A DNA stretch of 64,000 nt, from the IMG/VR virus record IMGVR_UViG_3300017779_004709, positions 1 to 64,000 of that record. The stretch is one strand, 5' to 3'. This document shows positions 21,303 to 29,851 of the stretch, in pieces (position 1 is the first letter of the stretch; each line of letters starts with the position of its first letter). The DNA is from a virus. The position numbers and the translations under genes are program-made. The notes beneath the pieces are model-generated. The model ran no database searches. It had not been told where the DNA came from and saw only the letters and a list, made by a program, of their open reading frames with translations.

Positions 21303-21621
21303 ATGGCAAGGATTACACGATGGTCATAGATGGTTATTTGACCAGCAACTTAAAAAGGGAAAGAATATATTGATTTGTATTCGTGATTGTCCTTTAGATG
21401 ATCCTGATGAAGAAAATGAATTTATAGCAGAAGAAATAATGGGGCACTTGTCTGAAGAATATCGTGATGAGATATTAGAGGGTAAGGTAAAGGTGATGAT
21501 TATTCCTGATGTAGAAAGTATTAATTATGGTAGAGAAGTTGGTTATGAAATAATAGAACATAAACCACCTGAAGAAATCAGAAACATTCATGGTAGGGAG
21601 TTGAGAAGAAATGAAAATTGA
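21277..21621 (+). CDS. Cytidylyltransferase-like (HIGH superfamily) nucleotidyltransferase
   Basis: FVGRWQGLHDGH motif; YGREVGY. Confidence 0.7.
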   Translation: MKYSMFVGRWQGLHDGHRWLFDQQLKKGKNILICIRDCPLDDPDEENEFIAEEIMGHLSEEYRDEILEGKVKVMIIPDVESINYGREVGYEIIEHKPPEEIRNIHGRELRRNEN

Positions 21622-22315
21622 TGTATTGGATAAGGGATACATAGAATTAGTTGATACTCTTGGTGACGATTTAACACCTGTAAATGCAGCTCGTGTATCA
21701 TTTGGTGGTCGTTCAGAAGAATTTACCAACAAGGATAAAAGATTATCCAAGTTCTTAATCAAACATAAACATTTTAGTCCATTTAGACATCAACACATTA
21801 TGGTGATTATCAAGGCACCTGAATTCGTGATGAGACAATGGTATAAGCATGTTGTTGGGATAGAAACCACATCATCAAGTGCCAGTAAAGACCATGCTTG
21901 GAATGAGATAAGTGGTCGGTATGTTGAGGTTGAAGATTATTATTATCCTGAAGTGTGGAGAAAACAATCAGAGGATAACAAACAGGCTAGTGATGGTGTA
22001 TTGGATGATTTACAACAAAAGAGAATGACATCTTTTTACAACGAGTATATGAGACAAGTCGAGATGACTTACGATAGGATGATTGAAGCTGGAATGGCAA
22101 AAGAACAGGCTCGTATCGTATTACCATTATCACAATACACACAAGTTTGGTGGACAGCATCATTTCAATCGGTAATGAACTTTATTGAATTAAGAGATGA
22201 ACCAACATCACAGGTAGAAATACAAGAATATGCAAGAGCATTAAAAACAATTATGATGGAATCATTTCCTGAAACCACTAAGTTATGGAGTGAAATTTAT
22301 TTGAATGAGGATTAA
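21611..22315 (+). CDS. thyX: Flavin-dependent thymidylate synthase
   Basis: NAARVSF, HFSPF, NEISGRY, AKEQARIVLP, FIELR, EIQEYA. Confidence 0.9.
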   Translation: MKIDVLDKGYIELVDTLGDDLTPVNAARVSFGGRSEEFTNKDKRLSKFLIKHKHFSPFRHQHIMVIIKAPEFVMRQWYKHVVGIETTSSSASKDHAWNEISGRYVEVEDYYYPEVWRKQSEDNKQASDGVLDDLQQKRMTSFYNEYMRQVEMTYDRMIEAGMAKEQARIVLPLSQYTQVWWTASFQSVMNFIELRDEPTSQVEIQEYARALKTIMMESFPETTKLWSEIYLNED

Positions 22316-22976
22316 GAGTAATACCTATGAAAAAGTATGTCATTTGATAGCATCAAATATTCGTGATTTAGTAAAACATCACGAGTTTTCCGTATTAGGA
22401 TTATCAACAGGTTCAACACCCATTGGTATCTATAAGGAATTATCTAAAATGAGAGATACAAATTTTTCTCGTACTCTCACTTATAATCTTGATGAATATG
22501 TAGGGTTGGAAAAAACCCATCCACAATCGTACCATTACTTTATGAGAAAACATCTGTTTGGTAATTTAACATTTCATTCTAATCATTTCCCAACAGAAAA
22601 ACTTCTTCCTTATTACGATAGTATGATTGATAATTCTGATGGTATTGATATACAGATACTTGGTATTGGAACGAATGGTCATATAGCATTTAACGAACCA
22701 GGAACACCAAGAGATTCAAAAACTCGTATAGTTGATTTGACAGAAAACACTATAAAAGATAATAGTAGATTTTTTGATTCAATAGACGAAGTACCTACTC
22801 AGGCAAGAACTATGGGAATAGAAACCATAATGAAAGCCAAAAGAATTTATTTAGTGGTACATGGTAGTCATAAAAAAGAAATTTTAGAGAGGGCAGTAAA
22901 TGGAGATATAACTTCTGATGTTCCTGCTTCATTTTTACAAGAACATCCAAACTGTGAGGTATATTATAGTGAATGA
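22305..22976 (+). CDS. nagB: Glucosamine-6-phosphate deaminase
   Basis: LGLSTGSTP, NLDEYVGL, LGIGTNGHIAFNEPG, PASFLQEH. Confidence 0.92.
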   Translation: MRIKSNTYEKVCHLIASNIRDLVKHHEFSVLGLSTGSTPIGIYKELSKMRDTNFSRTLTYNLDEYVGLEKTHPQSYHYFMRKHLFGNLTFHSNHFPTEKLLPYYDSMIDNSDGIDIQILGIGTNGHIAFNEPGTPRDSKTRIVDLTENTIKDNSRFFDSIDEVPTQARTMGIETIMKAKRIYLVVHGSHKKEILERAVNGDITSDVPASFLQEHPNCEVYYSE

Positions 22977-23472
22977 TATTAATAAAATAATGATTGTGGC
23001 ACATCCAGATGATGAAGCGTTATTTGGGGGAGCTGAATTACTATCCCACCCGAATGAATATAAAGTAGTGGTTTTAGATGAATATCATAACGATATCAGA
23101 CGGAGAGAGTTTTTGGATAGTATGAGATTTATTGGTATTCACGAATATGAACATTGGACAGGATATAAAGGTAAGGAAGATTATTTTAGAGAGAAGTTGA
23201 TATATGAATTATTAAGAGTATTGAGGGAAAGGGATTATGAAAAGATAGTAACTCACAATGTTCAAGGCGAATATGGACATCCAAGACATCGGGCATGTCA
23301 TGATGTACTGGCACATCTTAGACCTGAAAAATTATGGTGTTTTGCTAGAGGAAAAAAATTAACAAGTGAGATGATAAATAAAAAAACGGAATTGTTAAAG
23401 TGTTATCGTAGTCAAAAAGAGGTATTGGAGTGGTTTAATCCATTCCACGAAACTATAAAAAAGTTTAAGTGA
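22969..23472 (+). CDS. PIG-L/LmbE family N-acetylglucosaminyl deacetylase
   Basis: VAHPDDE and GEYGHPRH motifs; GTG start at 22969 preferred. Confidence 0.85.
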   Translation: MNDINKIMIVAHPDDEALFGGAELLSHPNEYKVVVLDEYHNDIRRREFLDSMRFIGIHEYEHWTGYKGKEDYFREKLIYELLRVLRERDYEKIVTHNVQGEYGHPRHRACHDVLAHLRPEKLWCFARGKKLTSEMINKKTELLKCYRSQKEVLEWFNPFHETIKKFK

Positions 23473-23491
23473 AAAAATAAAATAGGTTATA

Positions 23492-24763
23492 ATGATAATA
23501 GAAAACCCAACGGAGTTTGAGAGTTTTTTAGAGAAATACAGACAATCAGATTGTATTATAATTCCAATATTATCTGATACTAATTTACATACTTTAGAAA
23601 ACACATTGTGTGCCATTTATATTAAATTGATAGATGGTGATGAGTATATTTTGCCATTTAATCACGGAGAATCAACAAATCTCGATGTATCATTATTTAA
23701 CAAGTTAAATTCAGATCATAAGAAATATGTTTACGATAAAAAACAATTCAATCATATAGCAAAATGGGATAATGTTGTGGATATTAACCTACAATATTAT
23801 ATGGAATACAATCAATCATTACCAATTGAGGAAATTACCACAAATTCACACGATTATTTTAATAGAAAATATTATAAGACAAAAAATGTTAATCGTGTAA
23901 TTCCTATATTGAAACATTTAGAATTATGTAGAAAACTATCTAATGAATATCAAAAATATATTGATTTGGAAGTTCATCAAGAATATAATGATGAAATAAT
24001 TGATAATCTAACCTATATAGAAAGTGCTGGACTAAGACATAATGATAAAATAGTATATTCAGAGTATAATCCATATACGAGTACAGGTAGACCAAGTAAT
24101 AGGTTCGGTGGTATCAATTTTGCAGCCCTAAACAAATCAGATGAATCGAGAAAACCATTTTGTAGTAGATTTGAAAAGGGTATGTTAGTTGAGTTTGACT
24201 ATGATGCATATCACTTACGATTGATTGGAAATTTGTTAAATTATTCATTTCCAAGTGGTTCAGTTCACGAACATATGGGAGAATTTTACGGATGTGATTA
24301 TCAAGAGTCTAAAAATAGGTCTTTTAAGTACTTATATGGTCATATTCCTCCTGAAGTGATAAAAACTAACCCATTCTTTGAAAAAGTACATACTTATATT
24401 AATAATACTTGGAAATTGTATAAAAATCAAAAATTTATACAATCTGATATTTATAGTAAGAAGATATATAGAAAAAATCAGGCCGATATGAATCGTAATA
24501 AGATATTTAATTATATGATTCAATTAATGGAAACTGAAAATAATATGAAGATACTAACTAATCTTATACCGTTTATGAAACAATATAAGAGTAAGCTAAT
24601 ATTATATAGTTATGATTCTTTTCTATTCGACTTTAACTTAGAAGATGGAGTTGAGTTTTTGAAAAAAGTTAAAAAAATTATTGAGAGTAATGGGTTATTT
24701 CCTACTAAAACAGGTAAGGGGACTAACTACCATGAAATGGTTGATATAACGGAGAGATTATGA
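23492..24763 (+). CDS. Short family A DNA polymerase-like protein
   Basis: TGRPSN, motif A EFDYDAYHLR, motif B KNRSFKYLYG, motif C-like YSYDSFLFD. Confidence 0.8.
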   Translation: MIIENPTEFESFLEKYRQSDCIIIPILSDTNLHTLENTLCAIYIKLIDGDEYILPFNHGESTNLDVSLFNKLNSDHKKYVYDKKQFNHIAKWDNVVDINLQYYMEYNQSLPIEEITTNSHDYFNRKYYKTKNVNRVIPILKHLELCRKLSNEYQKYIDLEVHQEYNDEIIDNLTYIESAGLRHNDKIVYSEYNPYTSTGRPSNRFGGINFAALNKSDESRKPFCSRFEKGMLVEFDYDAYHLRLIGNLLNYSFPSGSVHEHMGEFYGCDYQESKNRSFKYLYGHIPPEVIKTNPFFEKVHTYINNTWKLYKNQKFIQSDIYSKKIYRKNQADMNRNKIFNYMIQLMETENNMKILTNLIPFMKQYKSKLILYSYDSFLFDFNLEDGVEFLKKVKKIIESNGLFPTKTGKGTNYHEMVDITERL

Positions 24764-26727
24764 AAAATTGGGATAAAATATTAAAAGATTTTTCACACAA
24801 ATGTAAAGGTGGTGCACCAGATTTAAAGAATCCAACACACCTTCAGTTTTTAAGAGAATCATTGATTAAATTTGGTTGGAAAGAAAATGCCACGAATGAA
24901 TTTATTGGTAATTTAAGGGAAGATAAAAAAGAAGATTGGTGGTCAAAGTTAACACCACCAGAACAGGCAGATTATATTAAAAAACATCCTGGTTCAAAAA
25001 AGGCGATTCAAGCTAAAAAAGAAAAAGAGAAACAAAAAAAATCACAAAAATCAGGTAAAGGTCAAAGTGAAAGTGAAAGTGCTAATGTAACACAACCAAC
25101 AAAAGAACAATCATCTAAAGAGTCATCAAAGGCCAAACGGATGGAAACGATGGTTGATCTTATTTCAAGAGAAAAATCTATTACAGATGAGGCTGGTAGT
25201 AGTTCGTTGAATGAGGAAGATGCACGAAAGTATTCCGATTATTTAGAAACAATTAATACACCTGAAGGATTTGATGCTTGGGTTAAGGAAGAAAAACAAC
25301 GGAGACAAGATTTAGTAAATAAACACGGTGCAGTAAACAATAAAACAATAAATAAGTTGGATGACGACCTTAGAGAAGAATTGTGTGGAACGAGTGGTAA
25401 GGTTTCTACTCGTGGTGTCCATCAAGGAAAAAAGAATTGTCCAGAGTTTACAAAATTATATAATTCAGTATCAACAAAAGGAGGCCCACCTGATAATGCA
25501 GTAACAGGTAATTATCCTGATGATATGGTATATCCAGAAGGACATTCGAAATCAGGTCAACCACATCCATATGCTGGTAAATCAAAAAAGGGAGTTAGGT
25601 ATCAAAATGTTTTAAAGGCCTATTTGGAAACTGGTGGGGTATGTCCTATAACAAAAGAAGTTGTTCCATTACAAGATATGCAATTAGACCATATAGTATC
25701 ATTGGATAATGGTGGAAAAGATGAACCTGGTAATTGGATGTTTACTAAGACGAATATTAATCAGTTTAAATCTTCAAAGGAAAATCCAGCAATTCAAGCA
25801 GATTTAGAAGAAATATTGAATATGACAGACGAAGAATGGGAATCAAAAGAAGCTGAAAATAAATTTAAAAATTATAAAAAGAACGAACAAAGAGCATTTT
25901 GGAGATCACAATTTGAAAGTGGAGCAGCCCATCCAACTGAAGAACAATTAAATAAAATGAACAAAGATGAAGTGGATGCTTTTGTTTATGCGTATAATGA
26001 AACAGCTTCAGAGGACGAGCAGATATCAAGATATGGAACTCAGAAAAAACAAGTAACATTAGATAATGGTGAAAAGGTAGACCTTACTTACGCAAGAGGT
26101 GAGGGTGGAAATGCTATAAGACCATTAGAAAATAAGCCTGAAACTTGGGGACTTTATGTTGATGAAGATACGGGTGAAGTAAAACAAGATAAATCAGTCA
26201 AATCATATAAAGATGCAGCAAAAAGATATAAGGCAGCACGAGGTAGTGGTGGTAGAGGTAAAGGGAAACAAGGTTTGGTAGATGCAATTGTATCTAAGGG
26301 ATTGGTTACAAGACTTAAAGATGACAAAGCTACTAATGAAATAGTAGATGAGGCTTTGGATAATCACAGAAAAGGAATTGTAGATTCACCTGAAAAACAA
26401 AGACTTGATAGAGCAAAAGAAAAGATTAAAAAATTATCAGCTGGTGGAAAGACTACTGGTATTCAGATGAAAAAGAAGGTTGACTCACAAATGAAACAAT
26501 GGAATGTAGATAATCCACCACCAACTACGGAAAAAGTCAAAACTGGTGAGGATGAATCTGGTAATCCAATTTTTACAGATAAGAAATTACCAGTTGGAAA
26601 GAATGGTAAAATTACCAAGGCAGGTAAAAGGTCAAAGGCATATAAAGATTACGAAAAGAAAAGAGATGAACAGGAGTATCGTTATTATAGACAAGAATTC
26701 TATAATACATTAGGTCAGGAAGTTTAG
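24760..26727 (+). CDS. Large protein with central HNH endonuclease domain
   Basis: CPIT...QLDHIVSLDNGGKDEPGNW...NQFKS; flanked by charged low-complexity regions. Confidence 0.7.
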   Translation: MKNWDKILKDFSHKCKGGAPDLKNPTHLQFLRESLIKFGWKENATNEFIGNLREDKKEDWWSKLTPPEQADYIKKHPGSKKAIQAKKEKEKQKKSQKSGKGQSESESANVTQPTKEQSSKESSKAKRMETMVDLISREKSITDEAGSSSLNEEDARKYSDYLETINTPEGFDAWVKEEKQRRQDLVNKHGAVNNKTINKLDDDLREELCGTSGKVSTRGVHQGKKNCPEFTKLYNSVSTKGGPPDNAVTGNYPDDMVYPEGHSKSGQPHPYAGKSKKGVRYQNVLKAYLETGGVCPITKEVVPLQDMQLDHIVSLDNGGKDEPGNWMFTKTNINQFKSSKENPAIQADLEEILNMTDEEWESKEAENKFKNYKKNEQRAFWRSQFESGAAHPTEEQLNKMNKDEVDAFVYAYNETASEDEQISRYGTQKKQVTLDNGEKVDLTYARGEGGNAIRPLENKPETWGLYVDEDTGEVKQDKSVKSYKDAAKRYKAARGSGGRGKGKQGLVDAIVSKGLVTRLKDDKATNEIVDEALDNHRKGIVDSPEKQRLDRAKEKIKKLSAGGKTTGIQMKKKVDSQMKQWNVDNPPPTTEKVKTGEDESGNPIFTDKKLPVGKNGKITKAGKRSKAYKDYEKKRDEQEYRYYRQEFYNTLGQEV

Positions 26728-27159
26728 ATGAGAACACAACTACTATGTACATTCACAAAACGAAACAGACTCTACGAAACCGTAGGCTTAATCATTGAGT
26801 GCCACGATATTGTATTCAATAAAGTTTATGTGTTTCAAAATGAGGATGACCACCATTCGTTAATCTGTACATATAATATACCACAGAATCAAGATAATTT
26901 TATCGAAGGTATAGATACGATAGCACTTCATAGAAAGAAACAAACCAATACACTTTATACTATTAATTCATTAAATGAGATTATCAGAGAAAAGAATAAT
27001 GGTGTATTGGATAAGACATTTCCTGTACCTTGGGAAGAATATCAGAACACCCTATTATTAGTAAATGATGAGGGATTAAATAAAATTCATACACGAATTT
27101 ACACCATTGTAAACGTGGATACTTGGGAGAATGACCAAAAATTAAAAGATGAATTATAG
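26728..27159 (+). CDS. Phage hypothetical protein
   Basis: 143-aa ORF abutting the previous gene (LLCTF, LHRKKQTNTLYTINSLN). Confidence 0.65.
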   Translation: MRTQLLCTFTKRNRLYETVGLIIECHDIVFNKVYVFQNEDDHHSLICTYNIPQNQDNFIEGIDTIALHRKKQTNTLYTINSLNEIIREKNNGVLDKTFPVPWEEYQNTLLLVNDEGLNKIHTRIYTIVNVDTWENDQKLKDEL

Positions 27160-27985
27160 GTTTTATTATCCAGATTGGAATAGTAGAGAAGATGTTTGTA
27201 AAAAACATCCACAAATAAAAGAAATTACAAAAGAACCCATAGCTTTTTGGTATGGAGTTGGGCCTAAGAGAACAATTAGGAAAACCAAACATTCCATACA
27301 AAGATTACTCAAACGGGCACATCCATATTTACCAGTATTGGTAATATATTCAATACCATACAGAGATTTAGGACATCATTCAAAAGGTGGTGCAGATTCA
27401 GATGATGAATACTTGGAATTCATACAAGAGTTTTGTAGTTCACTTGGAGATAAATCACCAATCGTAATATACGAACCTGATTGTATTCCACACATGGAAC
27501 AAATGGGTGTGGTTGATGGGTTGGATAGGATGAGGTTGATTAAGGCAAGTATTGAGTTGTTAAGTAGGACAAATGCATCAGTTTATATAGACATAGGACA
27601 CCCAAAATGGTTAAGTGTTCCTAAGGCAGTAAGTTATTTAGGATTATGTGATATTCACAAGGTAAAAGGATTTGCACTAAACACGAGTAACTATTATGCC
27701 ACTACAACTTGTTATGAATATGGAAAGAAGATTTCAAAACGACTTAATAATACTCATTTTGTAATAGACACCTCAAGAAATGGTAATGGAGCTAATTCAG
27801 AACATTTCAATCCGTTTGGTCGTTCAATTGGTGAATATCCAACCACACAAACTTGTGATGAAATAGTAGATGCTTACTTGTGGGTAAAGGTGCCTGGTGA
27901 AAGTGATGGAAGGGTTAATGGAGGTCCTAAGGCTGGGAGATTTAGTCATGGATTGGCATTAGACTTGATACATAATAAGAAATGA
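27149..27985 (+). CDS. Glycoside hydrolase family 6 (endoglucanase-like)
   Basis: VIYSIPYRD...SKGGA, IYEPD, VYIDIGH, GFALNTSNY, FVIDTSRNG, DAYLWVKVPGESDG. Confidence 0.9.
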   Translation: MNYRFYYPDWNSREDVCKKHPQIKEITKEPIAFWYGVGPKRTIRKTKHSIQRLLKRAHPYLPVLVIYSIPYRDLGHHSKGGADSDDEYLEFIQEFCSSLGDKSPIVIYEPDCIPHMEQMGVVDGLDRMRLIKASIELLSRTNASVYIDIGHPKWLSVPKAVSYLGLCDIHKVKGFALNTSNYYATTTCYEYGKKISKRLNNTHFVIDTSRNGNGANSEHFNPFGRSIGEYPTTQTCDEIVDAYLWVKVPGESDGRVNGGPKAGRFSHGLALDLIHNKK

Positions 27986-28668
27986 AACAAGGTTATGAAA
28001 TAGTAAATGATTTTCTTACAGAAGAAGAACATAAACATTATTTAAGTGTATCGGAACAACGATATATAGATTCCCAAAAAAATGATAGTGAATATTACTC
28101 TTGGAATGGAAAAAATAATTTAAATAAAATTGAGGGTGCATGTAACTTTGAACCAGAGTTTTTAAAATTAGCATCCCATCCCACATTAGTAAATAAGGCA
28201 AGAGAATTATTAAATACAGAGGATAGTATTGATGTTTATATTAGTAAATTCTTTCCGATGATTCCAAGAGTAGGAAAATCTACATTTATGCATCAAGATA
28301 ATTATTACTTTAATGGTAATCCAAAAAAGATAGTAAGTTGCGCAGTTTACCTACAAGATACCACGAAAGAAAATGGTTGTTTACGAGTAGTTGAAGATTC
28401 ACACAATCAAGGTATATTTCCACATGATTTAGAAAGTGAAATACCATATGTGAAGTGGATTGATAAAAAATTGTTAAAGGATTACAATATAATTGATTTG
28501 GAGTTAAAATCACCATATGCAGTATTTTTTAATATCAATATGGTACATGGTTGTTATAAAAATAAATCAAATGATACACGATTTAGTTTGGCATGGGAGT
28601 ATATTGAAACATCAAATCGAGATGTTCAAATGTCTGATGAATTGTGGTGTGATAGGAATACCATATGA
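27982..28668 (+). CDS. PhyH-family Fe(II)/2-oxoglutarate dioxygenase
   Basis: HQDNYY, DTTKENGCLRVV, HG...N.S...R. Confidence 0.85.
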   Translation: MKQGYEIVNDFLTEEEHKHYLSVSEQRYIDSQKNDSEYYSWNGKNNLNKIEGACNFEPEFLKLASHPTLVNKARELLNTEDSIDVYISKFFPMIPRVGKSTFMHQDNYYFNGNPKKIVSCAVYLQDTTKENGCLRVVEDSHNQGIFPHDLESEIPYVKWIDKKLLKDYNIIDLELKSPYAVFFNINMVHGCYKNKSNDTRFSLAWEYIETSNRDVQMSDELWCDRNTI

Positions 28669-29273
28669 AAAATTTATACACACAGAGATTTAATCCAGAT
28701 CCTAAATGGTGGATGGATGGATACCACGATTACAATAAATATTTTGTTGGATTTATTCATATGCTAAACGACCTATGGGGAGATTGGAATACCTACGCAG
28801 ATAAAAAGAAGTGGAATATGATTGAAATCGGTAGTTATATGGGAGAATCAATTCTATTGTTTAATTCTATTGGTATCTTTAACGAGATACATTCGATAGA
28901 ACCATTTGAAGGACACGAACAGCACATGGTAGATTATGGATATGATTGGGATTTTGTTAAAGAAGAATTTAAAACCAATACAAGATTATGTAAGAATATT
29001 ATCCAATATGAAGATTATAGTTATAATGTTGTTGATAATTTTGAAGATAATTCAATTGATTTTATTTATATAGATGGTGACCATTCATATGCGGGTGTGA
29101 AACGAGATGTAGAATTATTTATACCAAAGGTTAAAAATGGTGGTTTTATTGGAGGTCATGATTATGACCATCAAGAATGGATGGGTGTGTGTGATGGTGT
29201 AGATGATGCATTACTTGGTAAACCAACTAAAACCTATCTCGACACGAGTTGGATTAAAAAAATAGTTAAATAA
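28665..29273 (+). CDS. Class I SAM-dependent methyltransferase (Methyltransf_24-like)
   Basis: IEIGSYMGES, IDFIYIDGDHSY, GGFIGGHDY. Confidence 0.85.
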   Translation: MKNLYTQRFNPDPKWWMDGYHDYNKYFVGFIHMLNDLWGDWNTYADKKKWNMIEIGSYMGESILLFNSIGIFNEIHSIEPFEGHEQHMVDYGYDWDFVKEEFKTNTRLCKNIIQYEDYSYNVVDNFEDNSIDFIYIDGDHSYAGVKRDVELFIPKVKNGGFIGGHDYDHQEWMGVCDGVDDALLGKPTKTYLDTSWIKKIVK

Positions 29274-29285
29274 TTAAAAAAACAC

Positions 29286-29320
29286 TTGACTTGTATAGGT
29301 TTTTCGTGTTAAGATCAAGT
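29286..29320 (+). promoter_or_regulatory. Sigma70-type early promoter TTGACT-N18-TAAGAT-CAAGT-ATG
   Basis: One of four near-identical copies with an upstream A-tract. Confidence 0.8.
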
Positions 29321-29821
29321 ATGAAAAAGAAACCACAGCATATTGAATTGATTCCATCTCGTGGTGTTAAAATAAATAAGAAAAAATATGGTCGAAGAAT
29401 TCAACAACTCGAACATATACTTAATGATAAGACATATATTACAGAAGATAATTACAACTCATATCACGAGTTTATTCGTAGTATGCATGGGGCATTAGTA
29501 AAGGGTAGAAAGATTACATATAAAATGGAATCAGCAATTACCAAGATTGTTAAAACTTACTCAAAACACATCAAACCAGAATATCAAATAAAACGATTAG
29601 AATATATTGAGAAAACTCTAAAGAAGGTACAATCAATTCGTGTTCTTTTAGATAAATGTAACTATTTACCTGATTATAGGTATGGAAAGGATATGTTCTT
29701 GGATTCCATAGAGAATCAAGTCAAAAGAAGAGCGTATTTAAGTAAAAAACAAAGGGTATATCTAAATAAATTTCATCAACAATTTACAAAAAAAGTTAAA
29801 AAAAATGAAAAAAAGACTTGA
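29321..29821 (+). CDS. Basic hypothetical protein (leaderless start at 29321)
   Basis: ATG 5 nt after the -10 box; the track start at 29291 lies inside the promoter. Confidence 0.6.
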   Translation: MKKKPQHIELIPSRGVKINKKKYGRRIQQLEHILNDKTYITEDNYNSYHEFIRSMHGALVKGRKITYKMESAITKIVKTYSKHIKPEYQIKRLEYIEKTLKKVQSIRVLLDKCNYLPDYRYGKDMFLDSIENQVKRRAYLSKKQRVYLNKFHQQFTKKVKKNEKKT

Positions 29822-29851
29822 CTTTAACGCAAATTCTTCGTAAGATCAAGT
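29818..29851 (+). promoter_or_regulatory. Sigma70-type early promoter TTGACT-N17-TAAGAT-CAAGT-ATG
   Basis: Repeat copy directly before ATG 29852. Confidence 0.8.
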
